Shown: positions 12,747 through 27,752, counted from the first letter of the stretch. The stretch is 64,000 nt of DNA from Balanoglossus misakiensis (GCA_040954595.2 CM082592.2:10626731-10690730), one strand, 5' to 3'. Numbers and translations: made by a program. Notes: generated from the sequence alone by a model not told the origin.

Positions 12747-13205
12747 CTAAAATATGAATAAGAATGAGTATTCCTGTGTGGGTGGATTCTGTAGATTATG
12801 GTAATGACCATGATTACTCAACACTTATAAATATTAAAATAACTTAGCTGTAGTCTCATTGGTTGATGTCACCAGTGAGTTATGTACACATACCCTCAGT
12901 ACCAGCATTAGTATTGGTGAGGTAAGGGTAGACTATCTATAGGGGGGACTGAAAAGTGGTGCAGTTTGTGTAGTTGATATCATTTGAGTCTGGTGCAGTA
13001 CAGGATATACAAGTGTGCTCATGGACGCCAGCAGTATCTCACTTTTTGAGTTGAAATTCCAACAGGACACGGCTATGAGACACAGTGGTGAGGTTTTTCT
13101 TTTAAAAAATAACCTGTCAGAACAGATTGTGGTATACTCTGATGAAATATTCCCACCGTTGTAAATATTTCAATTTTCTTTCTTTTTTTTCGTATTGCAG
13201 ACATC

Positions 13206-16200
13206 ATGGCATCAGTAGAAACGGATCAGGTTCAGGAGCAGGTTTCTGATTTACAAGAAGAGCCAGTTATAGGAACTCTGGATATTTTTCTGCTTTGTTT
13301 GTGCGTTGGCATCATAGTTTATTGGTTTTTCTTTCGCGGTGAGAAGAAATCGGAAACACAACAAGTCAAGAAATTAACAGTAATGTGAGTATCCATATTA
13401 TTTATAAGGACAGGATCTTTGTCCCACTGCCAAAGTATTTGTTGACTGTGAGTCTGTGATCTGTGTAAAAAATGTGGCCAATTGTTAATGCATATACCGG
13501 TATATCAAGTCGTTGATTTTAATTACTGCAATTATTACTGCAGTAATATGGTATGACTACATATACTGGTACATTTCATTGAGGACTCTTGGATAACTGT
13601 TTACAGTGACATATGTCTATTTCTGCCACCAAGTGATGATATATTTAAAATAATTCCTTGTACTTTAATTGGTGTGGGTGGTATACATGATAATGTGTGG
13701 TGGTCAGATCTGTACCTTTTTTACCATTTGCATGACAATGATTCCCACATGACTGTGTAGCCCTCATCTCCAAGAATATGACAATGGGTGTACAATGGGT
13801 TGTCAGCACCTGCTATTGTTCTGTGAACATGTCTTGAAAATGTCATAGAAACAGCGACATCAAATTTTAAACCAGAGTTGCACATTGTTAGTCATCAAAC
13901 ACAGAAAGAACTGAAAATAAACCAAGGTGACAGATTCAACTCAGTCAGGTTTTATTTGGAATATTTCTAATGATTTGAATTTTTTATTTTATTTTTCAGG
14001 CCATCATCAGTCAGCCGCACAAACGACCCTAGTTTTATAAATAAAATGAAAAATTCGGTAAGTATATCACTGTGGCTTTTCCTTTAGCTGCAATTTTCCT
14101 GCATTGTGGATCCAGCCATGGTCAATCCACAAATTGAATGGTGCAGGGAATTGCTTAGACATCAAAGTCAAAAATGAAGTGTGCAGTGAAGTAGATGAAA
14201 CGCTTCATGTGGAAATTTTGACTTCAAAAACCCCGCAAAATGGAAGATTGTTAGGTGTAATAAATTTTTAGCCTGATAATATGGAAAGGGTAATGAAGCA
14301 GACATATTTCTAATAAACCTATCAAAATGTGTAATTTCATATCCATGATTTCTGTTTGGTCAATTAAACCAATTAATAACAATGAACTATAAAGGTTTCT
14401 GACTCTACTGAATTTCAAATTGCCCTTTAGTGTATTTCTTGCCAAAGGAAGTAACCACAGTTAATGAAGCATATTTTATTTGATCTCTTGCAGGGTAAAA
14501 ACATGGTTATATTTTATGGCTCTCAAACTGGCACTGCTGAAGAGTTTGCTGGTCGGTTGGCCAAAGATGCACAGCGATACGGCATGAAGGCAATGGTTGC
14601 AGACCCTGAAGAGTGTGATATGGTTAGTCTTTTGGTTTTTAGAAACTAAGTTTTGTCAAAGAACTGTTTCATATAGACTGAAAAGCAAGGACAAAATGTC
14701 ACCAACAAAGTAAAAATCACATAATTCTTTTTCTTTCTTTTTTTTCATTCAGGAGGACCTCAATAGGATGGGTGAAATTGAAAAATCGTTCGCTGTTTTT
14801 TGTCTGGCAACATATGGAGAGGGAGATCCTACAGACAACGCTCAAGAAATGTATGAATGGTTGCAAGAAGGAAACGCTGAACTTGGAGAGCTCAATTATG
14901 CAGTAAGTTATATCCTGCCACAGATATTGGTTGTCATCCGCATTTACATTTGTATGTGCGTCATTTCTCTGTTGGGATTTTTTTTGGGTGTGTCCACCAA
15001 GTTTTACATTCACAGACACAACCAACCATGAAACTCTCTGAATACCTCTTTTTTCAGGTTTTTGGATTGGGAAATAAGACTTATGAACATTACAACTCTG
15101 TTGCAACATTCGCCGATCAAAGATTGGAAGAACTTCGTGCCAACAGAGTTTTTGAACTCGGTCTTGGTGATGATGATGGAAAGTAAGTCGAGTGTTGCAC
15201 TCTCTTTTGGTATATTTAAAATCTTGTTTTGGGGGTTCTTATCAAAATGTCCCATTTTGTTAAATTTTCTGCTAATCAGACAGCTGCTCTTCTAAAAATA
15301 ATGAGGGGAAAGTTGACTCAGTTAATGTGGGGGCACGAAACACACGTAGGTACCAGTAGATTATGGCTAACATTGTATGAATGGCAGGGCATTCTGGCAC
15401 GTCTCATGCTTATGACATGTAAATTAGGGATGATCATGTCAACCATTAATGATCACAACGCTTTGCTCAAAAGATGAGGGTAGCCCTAAAAATGAATCAT
15501 CAGTGAATGGCGATGTTGCAATATCACATTCTTTCTCTTGAACGATCTCATTCTGTGACACGTTGACTCCATGACCTTTGTCTTCAGTCGTTCAGTGCAG
15601 TGCAGTGTAACATGGTAACTGTGTGATCTTGACCCCACTATGTCGCAAATTTTACAAACTGCTTCTGAGGGCCATTTGTCTCTATGAAAGTGTTATTTTT
15701 AAACGGCATGTAAGAGGTAATTTAGAGTTATATATGGTGTTTTTGTTTGCATTTTAGTCTGGAGGAAGACTTTGTGACTTGGAAGGAGCAGTTTTGGGTT
15801 TCTGTGTGCGATTACTTTGGCGTTGAGGCAACAGGTGAAGAAGGAAGCATCCGTCAATACACTGTTACCTATCCTGAGGATCTACCGCCAGAGAAAGTGT
15901 TCAGTGGAGAAGCTGCTAGACTCAATTCTTTTAAGAATCAGAAACCGTGAGTATAGACGTAAAAATGTCCTTTTAGGATAGTGGCATTGACCAGAAAAGG
16001 TGTCACAATCATCAATATGCAAATTTAAACAGTTTCTGAGAATGTTCGTGAGACATGGGGTCATTACATGTATACATAGACAGACAAAACAAGTTCAGGC
16101 ATTGTTAATGTTACAAGTAAAAGGGGGATTCAACCCCCTTCACCACAATCATTTGGTCAAACCACATTGCTTTTTATAGTATGACTCATTCCATCTGCAG

Positions 16201-18285
16201 GAAGAAGGGGGTTAGGGTAATTAATGCTGTCTTTGTCTCAGAGAGTTACAATAAATGATATATTTTATTGTGTTTCAGGCCCTATGATGTCAAGAACCCA
16301 TATTTATCACCAGTACAAGTGAACCGCGAACTCCACAAAGGTGGTGGTAGATCTTGTATGCACATTGAATTTGATATCACTGGATCTCGAATCAGGTATG
16401 TACCGGTACTTGTATGAAGATGAATCTCGTCTCTCTACAGGTAGAAGATCACAAATTAATAAAAAGAGGTCTCTGTAGTGGATATCATTGATGATACATA
16501 TTAGTGTTTCTCCACTAAGGCCTTATGTAATGTTGAGATATATTAATGTATATTTTTAATAACATTTATTTTCCAGATACGAGGCTGGAGATCACGTTGC
16601 AGTTTATCCAATTAATGACTCTGAATTGGTGTATGGAATTGGTGAAGTACTGGGTGTAGATCTTGATACATTATTTTCTCTGAATAACATCGACGGTAAA
16701 TATTCCAAAAGAGAATTCCCCCTTGATATGTTGCTACACTTTCTGATGTATTCCATCCACTAGAAATCACTGTGCTACGATTTTGGGTTTTACCAGAAAA
16801 TCAATGTCTTAAATTGTATATTTTTTTTGTCTCTTCAGAGGAATCCAGTAAAAAGCATCCCTTCCCTTGCCCATGCAGTTTCCGAACAGCTCTCTCACAT
16901 TACATTGACATCAACAACCCACCGCGTACCAATGTGCTCCGAGATTTGGCCGATTATGCCACAGACCCCAAAGACAAGGAATTCCTGCTGCGAATCACGG
17001 CACCAACTCCAGAAGGAAAGAAGGAATACTCAGAGTGGGTCGTTAAAGATCACAGAGATATCTTGACTATTCTCCGAGATTTGCCATCAGTGAAACCACC
17101 CCTTGATCACTTGTGTGAACTGTTACCACGGTTACAGGCTCGATTCTACTCAATTGCATCATCTCCCAAGGTAAGAAGAATAATTTCTGTCGTCAAAAGT
17201 TAGTTAGTCCAGACAGTGACTACATTTGTGAATGAATGCCCTGATTTGTTTTCACGTTGTAATGTTCCCTGTTGAAAGGAGACAAGACAAAAGTTAAAAA
17301 AAATGTCTTTTTATTATATTCCAGATCAATCCAAACAGTATACATGTGACAGCTGTATTGGTCGATTACGACACAAGAACTGGTAGACACGTCAATGGAG
17401 TTGCCACTTCCTGGCTGAAGACCAAGATACCGAACGGGCCACAGAAACCCACAGTGCCAATCTACGTGCGCAAATCTCAGTTCCGTTTGCCATTCAAACC
17501 CACAACTCCTGTCATCATGGTTGGTCCAGGAACGGGTCTGGCGCCATTCCGTGGATTTATTCAGGAAAGGCACTACTGCAAAGAACAAGGCAAGTTATTC
17601 AATGTAGAGAAAGTCAGCAACTATGTGAATTGTGTGTGTGTGTTGTTAGGCAAGTATATGACAGTTGAGCTGTTGGAAATTGAGATTTAGGTGATAGTCA
17701 TTTTTGGGTTTGACAGAAGTTTGGTGAATAAGCTCTTTTGCTTCTTGGTCAAAGGTCATCATTCTGAGAAGTGTATATTTTGACTTGCAGGCAAAGACAT
17801 GGGTGAAACAGTTCTGTATTTTGGCTGTCGGCACAAGGTGGAAGATTATATCTACGATGAAGAGCTGGAAAAATACAAAGAGGAAGGCACTCTTACCGAG
17901 TTGAATCTAGCGTTTTCAAGGGACCAAGCTCATAAAGTATACGTTCAGCATCTTCTGAAGCAAAATAGTAAATCTGTGTGGACTCTCATAGAGAAGGGTG
18001 CTCACTTCTACATCTGTGGGTAAGTACTTTTGGCAAGGGCCCTTTTTCACCCTAAGAAGGTTGTTGCTTGGCCAAGATGTACAGCATTTGTTGTGCAGAG
18101 TGAGATCATACTTTGATGTTGTTTTGTTCTTTCTTTGCAGTGATGCTCGTAACATGGCCCGTGATGTCAATGACATTCTCAGACACATTTTTATGAACGA
18201 AGGTGGCATGACAAAAGACCAAGCAGAGGATTACTACAAGAAAATGCAATCAAAAGGAAGATATGCAGCAGATGTCTGGAGCTAG
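13206..18285 (+). CDS. POR: NADPH-cytochrome P450 reductase
   Basis: N-terminal membrane anchor (13206-13384), FMN loop FYGSQTGTAEEFA, ATYGEGDPTDNA, VFGLGNKTYEHYN, YEAGDHVAVYP, RLQARFYSIASS, MVGPGTGLAPFRGF, LYFGCR, FYICGDA, and C-terminal RYAADVWS* (TAG 18283-18285). 12 coding exons; intron 17590-17790 is GC-AG. Confidence 0.98.
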
Positions 18286-20301
18286 AGCTTGAAATTACTA
18301 CAGATTTTCTTTTTATTTTACAAAGCCTTATATCCTATTGGCACACAACCAACTGATGTAAGCGTTTCTTGCTTCTCTGACTGTCAATCATCAAATGGTA
18401 CGGTTCATTGTCAAGAATGTAAATTGGCTGTTCCATTTACCAGTATAATGTCAGCCATGTTTCAAGTTTTAATACTATCCTCAATACATCTTTGGTCTAT
18501 TTTCTTAATAATTACTGCTGTACTGTTTTGGGTGATTCATATCTCATTATGTGCATTCAGTCATTTCAAAAACTTGCTTAATTGTTTTTGATATGACAAG
18601 AGAAACCTGATATTTGAAAAGTAAAATCATGCCTATGAAAGACTAGCAACAATTTGACTCAGTACTTGTCAGGCATATTTACTTCAACAATATATACATT
18701 TTTGCAATATCATAATTAATAATATTTGTAAAGACTTTTGAAATGATTTTAAAAATGAAACAAGACAGTGTAAATATTAGATTTAATGTATTCAAATGAA
18801 AAAAATATCAGGAATAATATTTGTGACAGGGAAAAATGAAATGACGTAGGAGGTAAAGTGAACAAGGATGAATCAGAAATGAATTTCAAATTTGACAATT
18901 CGATTTTTAGATTTCTGCTTGAAATACAGCTGTATCATTGAAGAGCTTTGAATAGTCAGATTTACTTGACAAGATAAGCTTAATCACTGTCATACCAATT
19001 CCAATTTTTGGGAAAAAAATACTTTGTCTTTTGTATTTTCTCACACTCCAGACCTAAAATTTATCCCAATATTACATGCAAGGTTGGTTTGATTTGTCGA
19101 TGGTACAAATATATAGTACACTTTATTTGAAATTCTATAAATAGGAAATTGACGTATTGACCTGATTTCAACCACATAAACCTTTCACTGTGAATTCACG
19201 TACCAGTTTATTTTATAGAGGGCCATTAGGAGTTCAATTATTTTTTTTTTGCTACAAGCTGATTGCATTTCAGACTTTCATGATACGTTGATCAGTGTAT
19301 GACTTTATATTAAAATATAAATGGACCTTCCAGACTGTTTATAGTCTTGCTTTTGAAAGTTTTGGTAAACATGAAACTTAGTTTCTTCCTCGACTGTCAG
19401 TGACGTGGTAATAGAAGAGAAGTCAGCACAAAAATGTGAGTTTAATTTTTTGTCATTTTAAAGTAAAATTTGCATGGTCATCAAGTGGCTGTTCTTTGTA
19501 ACCATGGCATCAGCTTTGCACTTTACCCATACAGATGTACATGCCATGACTATTGACACTAACCCAATAATGCAAAATATGTGATGCATAACACTGAACA
19601 TAATTTTTTTATTTTGTTCATGATTAAATCATACATGAGCACATTTGGCAATTTTACTAAACCTAAAGGTCATGAAAAAACTTAAGATAATGTTCAACAA
19701 TTCATAAAGCTGAGAATTTCTCAATTTTTTTCCAGTAAACAAAGTACAAAACAGAGACCCTGATATCTTAATTTTTCAACACACCTTGTCTATTTTCTAT
19801 GCTATTTAGATGACCATGATTGTAACATGGGACAAGATAGATTTTGCACAGACATGTATAGGTTACCATCTTTCATTTTTTACCAGACATGGTGCATTTT
19901 GGCAGTGAAATTTTACGATTTCAGGTGCTGTGCTTGACAACACAGAGGTCAAGTCAAATGTGACAAAACAATCACACATGGAGGTTGACAGACAAGAAAA
20001 TGAGAAAACACCAAACTTCATAAAATGGTAACGAACTGACATTTCAACAGGTTCACACGAAGGTGAGTGAGCAAGTTCATGTAACATGACTGGGGGCGCT
20101 GTTCAACTTAAAAACTGCTCAGGAAGCTCTGGGGTGAAAGGTCAAGTAAATTGTATACATACTGTTAGAAAAGGAAGTTTGTAAATAAACAAATTCTTAG
20201 AACACCAAGGCCAACAGAGTTGTTTTCAGTAACTGAGTTACGACTGGGGACGAAGTTAACAGCTACTGTCCATTTGAAGTTAGACATTTGTCAATTTGTC
20301 T

Positions 20302-23300
20302 CTACACATCTGATCGGAGTTTCTTTGTGAATCTTGTTTGATATCCTGCAACAGAAATATAATAAACTTTGGTGAGAAAGAAAACTACATGACTGTCAAA
20401 AAAACCCCAGGAGTATCACTCGCTGTGCATTGAGGAAAATAATCTTTGTTCGGGAACAAAGATGAACACTGGTTGACTAGACTTAACGTGGACACGACTT
20501 ACTTTTGCTGCCTGTATCTTCAGAGGACCCTGTATCACCCATGGTGGCTCTTCTCTTGGCAGATCTGTTTGTGGATTTTATCTTTGTACCAGATGTTCTA
20601 CACAGACAAAAAAGTTCAATTTTTAGCACCAACATGAGAACCAACATGGTACAAATAACAGAAATGGGTATTTTATACCTACCCTTGACTTTCAGATCCA
20701 TCTTCACTATCCGATATTGTCACAGTCATTGCTTTCTTGGATGCTGTTTGAGTTGCAGGAACAGCTGACATGGATTTCCTGGTTGCTCTCTTCTTTCTGG
20801 TGGGCGTTGGTGGGACGATGTGTATATCACTGAACTCTGACATGCTGGAGGCTGTCTCCAATGCGTGGATTCTGGCACTGCGACGCACAGATGGTGGATA
20901 CTCATCCTTCTCAATGACAAATGATTCTTTGGTGCCGAGATCTATAATCCCATCACCTTCGTCATCAATAGTTATCTTTTTACGAGGGGATCGCTTCATC
21001 TGCACTGGTTCAGGAGACTTTTCCTCGGAAAGGCTCTTGCCGGAATCTCCTTCCGGTGCGCTGCCATCTTTGTTGGAGTGACTGGCATCTTCAGTTTCTC
21101 CAGTCCAAGTCTTGTTCAATTGATCATCACTCTCGCTCTCCTTTTGCGATTTCTTTGGAGAACTCTTACTACTGCTGGATTCACTTTTGGATCCACCGAT
21201 GGTCTCGCTTCCAGACGACTCTGTGGTTGATTTCTTGGAAGTTGTGCGAACTGGAGTTGTAAACGTTTTCCTCATTTTTTGCGTTCTGACTCTCTCCTGT
21301 GGTCCACTATCTTCAGATGATGGTGTACTTTTTCCTGGTGACTTTAAAGGGGTGGTCAGCTTCCCACGTTTTGGTGTTTTCACTTTCACACCATCCCTTC
21401 CTCCAACACCATTTTCCTCAGTAGTTGGTGAACATTCTACTTCATCCGTCTTTTGGTTTCCCTCTTCAGTTTCTATGGTAACAGATTCCACTTTTTCTTG
21501 CTCTGGATCTTCATGTGTTAGTGCGTCTGCAGAATCTCTCAGCACTTTGATTCCTTCTTCAACCATGTGTTCTATTTCCTCCGGCGAAGACAGTGCCTTG
21601 AAAAATACAACTTCACTATCAGTACTACTGCCTCTGCCAACGCTGTCACCCTCATCTGTAGATGACGTTTTCTTTGGTGTACTTTTGGTCTCCTGTTGAG
21701 TCAGGTCAACCATCTCACATTCTTGGTCAGATGTTTTATCTTTAGCAGGAGTGGCTCTTGGTGACTTAGGAACTGGGGTCTTCGGGACTTTTTTAGACGA
21801 CTTTCCTTCTGGACTCATAGACATCTCACTCAACATTTTTCTCTTCTTGGACGCTGATCCAGGAGTGGTTTCTACTTCAGAAGAATCTGTGGTCGTTTCC
21901 AAGTGCCCTTTAGAACTTCTCTTTCTTAGACTCTTGCCCAGCTTTTTGGGTTTTGATTTCACAAAATCATCGCTACTACTGACTGCTCGGTTTTCTTCGA
22001 TGTCAACAAGCAACTTCATCTTTTTGACACTCCTGGTCTTTGCTCCTTTCTTGGCATCAAGTGATAAGAACACTAGTGAATCATCGGACTTGGATGTGGG
22101 CGATGAATCGTCGGACTTGTTCAGCATCTGCTTCTGATGTTGAAAGCTCCGGTGATCCCTCCTTTGGACATCAGAAGCAGATGTTGAATCATGTGAATCT
22201 GGCACAAAGTCATCATTCCCCATGATCGCTGTGAGACTTGGCAAGTCTACACTTGTCTGTGAGGTATCCCCATTTGGCACATCCTCAGGTATCTTTACAC
22301 ATTCACTTCCAGCCTGCTCGATACTGCCTGCATCATCTTCATCACTTTTCTTGGCCAGTTTCTCTAAACTGTCTGCAGCAGTTCCGTCTACGTCTGACTC
22401 AAGCTGCTGAATCTCTTCAGAGTCACCCTTTTCCTTACTTTCTATCAGAACTTGCTGATTGCTCATTTCTTCTTCACTACTGGATTTCACAATGGATTGT
22501 TTGAGAGTTATTTTCCATGAGAAAGTGCCACCATCATCTTCTCTTTCTCCTTCATTTGACACATCTCCCTGGACTGGTGTCGCGATGCCTTTACCAGTTT
22601 CATCAGCATTTTCAGACCCCACAGATGTCTTCATTCTCTTCCCAGTAGGAGTCGCATCATCTGCAACCAATCCATCTTTTCCGTCCCCAGTCTCATCCAC
22701 TTCAGAGTGACTGGACCCTTGCGATGCTCTCTTCTTTCTCCCAGCCTTCCTAGCACTCTTGGGTGTTTTGCCATTTTTCTTGGGCGTTTCTTTCTTTGTC
22801 ACATTGCCATCTGAATCACCAATGCCCACAATCTGTTCACTGCCATCTCCATTTGCATCCGACCTGACTACCACATATGTGTCGTCACCCTTCTCTCCAG
22901 AAGACTTCTCTTGTGGTTCAACTGTTTCTTTCTCCACACTGGCAGCTGGTTTTTCATCTGTCGCTGCTGTTGCTGTGACTTCCTGTGAAGTGTCAGACTG
23001 CTCTGATTTCTCCGATTCCAGGATCTTCATGGCTTGCCTCATGCTGAGTCTCTTCGACTTTCTGGATTTCTTGGGTGTCCTCCTCTCTGCAGGCTCATCA
23101 CTGGTGACCTTGGCAACTGCATCTGTTGCAGCAGGCTCTGACATCTCATCAACTACACACTCCTCAGCATTCTCATCAAGACCAGCTTCGACAATCTCAC
23201 TCTCCTGGACATCTTCCTCTGGATCATCCTCGTTCACCACATCCAAATCGACTTCTACAACTATAACCGTATCTTCTTTCTTTGTTTCTTCATAGCTCTT

Positions 23301-26300
23301 TTCCATCTCGCCCTTGTCCTTCATTTCGTCAGTCTTGAAGGATCTGTCCATATCACAAACAACTTCCAGATCACCGGTATCGGGAATTTCCTCAGCCATC
23401 TTTACCTCAGCTTCAGTATCTGGGATTCCTTCCCCTCCCGCTCCCTCAATCTCTCTCTCATCTGCAGAAATATCTTCTTCTTCCACTTCTACCATTTCCT
23501 CATCCTCCACTCCTTGCTTTTTCTTTGCTGTTTTCTCTTCAATCACTGCAGATTCAAACGATTCCTTCACATCAGAGTCTACCTTCTTTGCAATCTTTTC
23601 TTTCTTCTTGATTTGTTTTGCCTCTTTTGGTTTCTTTGATAACCTTTCTTTCTTTTCTTCAACAGGTTCCTCAATTTCATTTCCTCTTGTCTTTTTCTTC
23701 ACTGTCTCCTTTTTCTTTTGCTTCGTTTTGTCCTTCTTGCTTCTCAGCTTCGGTCGAGTTTCATCCACATCTTCGAGAACACCAACCTCTTCAACTTCAT
23801 CAATCCCATTCGTCATCTCAACTACTACAACTTTTTCCGGCACAACTTCAGTCACTGTTTTCTTCTTTTTGGCTTTTGTTGTTTTTTCTTTCAGAACTTG
23901 CTTCTTTTTCTTAGCCTTTTGATCTTTCTTTGTCTGTTTTGGTTTCTCTTCTTCCTCCCCCTCGTCACTTTCCTGAAGGTGAATTAAAAGACAAAATAAT
24001 AACTGCACTTGTCATTCAAGTCACATGATTAGTCAACGAAACATTCAAGATTTGCTGTCTCACCTCTGTGGTTTCATTGTTTCTTTCCATCTCCTCTTGC
24101 TCCTGATCGTCAGATAAAGTCTCCATGTTTGCTATCAGTGCATTGATTCTGTTCTGCAAATCATCCTCATCTCCAGAGGTCTGCGAAGAAAATTCCACCT
24201 GTAAAAACAGAAATAATGAATGTACAACACCATCAGCAGTTCCGATGAAATACTGAACACTCATAGCCATTGTTTGCTGAAAGTGTTATCATGAAACTGA
24301 AAGAATAATCTTCAGTACGTTGTCACAGAAATTCAAGACATCCTGTAGTATTACTTAACTATCCTCAACACATCTTTACCTTCAGTTTTTCTCTCATTTC
24401 TTTATCAGCAGATTTGTCAACATAGAACATTGTCTCCATGACCTCTTCTTTCTCATCCAGCTCGACTTCCTCAGCAGGCTTCTCCAGAAACTCAGTGATG
24501 CACTGAAGGGGGAAACGTCAATAGTAAAAGCTGAAATTTCATGACAGATCATGAAACTACCATATAGCATTGAATATCTAGTTACAGTTTAATATTCTCC
24601 AGAACCCTAAGTCCCTAACCCTAACACAATGGCGTCTCTGCATATTGACTCAACCGGTTACTTATTGTATCAGCAGTGAAGATGCTTGACTAGTGCTTGT
24701 ACTCACATCAACAAGTTCTTCAATAAACTCCATGGATGACTCCTTCAGTAGATATTTAGTAATCTTGGCTCCAGAGGCTTTGGTTGTCAAGGGAACTTCA
24801 TCCAGAAGATCTGGCGACACTTCTCGAAGCCATTCCAGAAAACCAGATGGTGGGATCACTTTTCTGGCATTCTGATTTCATGAAAATCAAAAATTACAAG
24901 TTTTCAAATTGTCCATTTCTTCCTTCCCTCAGTCATTCACTTTTTTATTTGTTCATCCATTGACAGAACATGCAGTATGCAATGAGACAGAATCCAATGA
25001 GAAAATTCCATCTAAATTTGACAGCCATTCCCACTTACCTGCATAATAAGCTGACTATCATCCTTGTAAGACTTTCTCAGAAGACATTCAGCAGTCCTCA
25101 CTGTACTGATGTACTTGATGTATGTCTTCATGGACAAACCTTCTGGTGGCTGTTGCAGTGTTCTCCTGTTGCAAGATAATGACTTAATGAATCTCCAATT
25201 TTATACAAATATGAACTGTCCTATGTGGATTTTCATAGTTCTAGTTACTACCGGCTACTTATTCTGACTTACTTGAAAATCGGCAACATAAACTCAGCAT
25301 CTTCCTCTGTTGCAGATGATACTTGGAGAAGTGCATCATATACATACTGGTGTTGGTTTTCAAAACTTGTCAGCAGAGTACACAAAACCCTGTTAGCACT
25401 CTGCTTAATATTGTCTTTGCCCCTGATGAAACATATACAAGAAAAAACAATATAATTAAATTGGCACTCTCACTATATAATATATCTCTTTAGAATCCTG
25501 TTCATTAATTAATGAACTCGTTGTACCTGATGTGAAGAAGAGTATTTTTTGAAAATATCTCACCTTGCCAGGAAGATTGCCAAGTCAAGGTACAGCGAAA
25601 GAATGGCAGCAAGCAGGTCTTCAAAACTTGGTTTGTCATTCGTCTGTTGTATAGAAAATACTTCTCATATTAGTATATATCGTGCACCTGTTTGTATAGC
25701 AAATTTGAATTGTGCAGTTGATGTATGGTTGTATGAGCTAGGACGTGAATTGGCCACATTTTATCTCTGTTAAATCATGACAATATTAGGTGCATCATAA
25801 GACTATATTACCTTCGGAATCATGGAGTTTTGAAATACGACAAACACGATGAAATTTAACACCAGCTTCTGGAGTTCTTTCCCACGATTTTCATCTTTAG
25901 CTAATATGGCACCCTCCACTGTAATGGTCATTTTTCTGACGAAACTATGCATGTGTTTATGAAGTGCCGTTCTGTTCTTCTTCCCCAGCATCACGGATTT
26001 TTCAAGCTCGATTGCAGCCAGGCTCTTTTCTGGTTCTTTTTTCTTTTCAGTGAGTATATCAACGACTTCTTGATGCAAATCATCTTCACAGAAGACTTGG
26101 CCAAGTAGATGTGTGCCTAATTTTTGCTTTGTTTTCTGATCTGCCTTCTTCAGCTTCTCAACTGCTAGCTTCTTTCCTTCCAAAGAATAAGTGTTGTACG
26201 GCAGTTCTTCTGTTACCACCTCTGTCTTTTTCTGATCTCTCAATTTCTCTGACCTCTTGATGGCTCTGATTGGGAACAGTCAAAAAGACATTAGCTATAG

Positions 26301-26959
26301 TCACATTGCAGAATATTGTCTGTACTTTATTTTCTTTACATCAAACACAGGAATGCCACCTTCAAGACACAACCAGACTTCCCCGTTCTTACCTCCAAAG
26401 ACGTTTAAAGTATTCCACATAATTTTTCTTGATCTTTGTTTTCACAGGACCTTTTGGCAACTTCGTAACTGTCTGTTGAAATTTCCCTTTAAGATAATCA
26501 AACTCAAGCGCCCGGCCACCTGAAAACACAATATCTCTATTAGAACCATGTGACACATACAGCCAAGAGATCATGAGGCAATGATACCAATAGCTTTACC
26601 AAATTCTCATTTCCATCAATCAGCATCACAGTAACGCTCAGGTAACTGGCCCTTTAATTAGACACACCCCCTTAGTACGTAGGGATGAAACAAGCAAGAC
26701 TATGGTTGGGGGGGGGGGGGGCTGCTTAATTTTGTGAAATGTGAAAATTAATATGCGAGTGTTGGATCACTCATAATCATGAGATGTATCTGGAGGCCGG
26801 CAGTTGCTCGAGTATGTTTGTGTTCGCCATGCACCAGATGGATGATTACGACATACTAAACCCACGTGCGCAGAATCACCTATGGATCACACACTTGCCT
26901 TCTGAAAGTTTCCTACCAAGTTTCTTCACAAAGCGTTTGGCTTGCTTCTCTGCCGACAT
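20302..26959 (-). CDS. Uncharacterised ~1,600-aa protein: helical-looking N-terminal region plus a long E/K/S/T-rich disordered C-terminal region
   Basis: ATG 26959 (MSAEKQAKRFVKKLGRKLSE, GC donor at 26898). Phase-compatible exons near 26393-26520, 25812-26267, 25564-25645, 25272-25422, 25039-25166, 24707-24871, 24380-24502, 24065-24198, a giant exon ~20683-23973 (the 1109-aa ORF), 20502-20597 and 20302-20345 (RYQTRFTKKLRSDV*). No family recognised. Confidence 0.8.
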
Positions 26960-27752
26960 GTTTGGAAAAACTCAACGACAAAACTTTGTACAATAGAACA
27001 TTTCACGGAACACCCGATCAATATTTATTTGCGCCTAAGTCGACAGTACTTGAACTAACATCACACACACATTTGAGTTTCGTACTCGTATGACTGGAAC
27101 CTACACGGGGAGAGGGTAGGCCACTGTGATTGGTTATATTTTAATTACATGCCAGAAAGTTTTAAGAGCCTTGAAGGAAAAGTACAGGATGTAAAACAAT
27201 GTCGGTGGACGGACAGTTTATCTTCGGGAGAGGGGTGTTTTCGGTTTGCAATAGCTTCTTTGAAATATTCTCAAAGATACAAAAACATTCATAGATTCCT
27301 GGGGTAACGAAAACGACTGACCAATAGGCATGCTTCTTACATAAGGACTTCCGAAGGTTTTCGGGCTAACAAAATAACAACGCCATAGACAATAGCCCAC
27401 GATACCTTCCAGAATGTATAATGTTATACATTATTTCCGTTTATCAGTTAAAAAGTTCAATGCTTTGATGCATATTTTATTATAGCTATAGGACACTTCT
27501 GTTTATATGCGAGCTGAATGTTTTATTGCAAAATAATTGCATAAAATTTCAACGCACGACAGACTGAAAACGCAGAATTGATGTCAGTGTTGATACGTTG
27601 ACGGCGCAAGGAGTTCTGGGTATAATGGTGTCCACAAATGCATCTTTTGGCATCAGTCAATGTTACATCAGTGCGAATTACACAGTGGTTATCCCGTTTC
27701 TTGGCAGATACGCACAGTTTTTGTGCAACAAGATGTTACTTAGACATTAGTC
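26960..27752. promoter_or_regulatory. Bidirectional promoter between the uncharacterised gene and SETD1
   Basis: Divergent ATGs ~800 bp apart, oppositely oriented CCAAT boxes (ATTGG ~27129, CCAAT ~27321) and ETS-like ACTTCCG ~27347. Confidence 0.55.

Noticed and set aside
20770-23987. Many plus-strand Ser/Phe-rich ORFs
   Set aside because: They are antisense shadows of the low-complexity 1109-aa minus-strand exon.
24603-24625. Telomere-like CCCTAA repeats
   Set aside because: Only about three imperfect units, with no evidence of an interstitial telomere.
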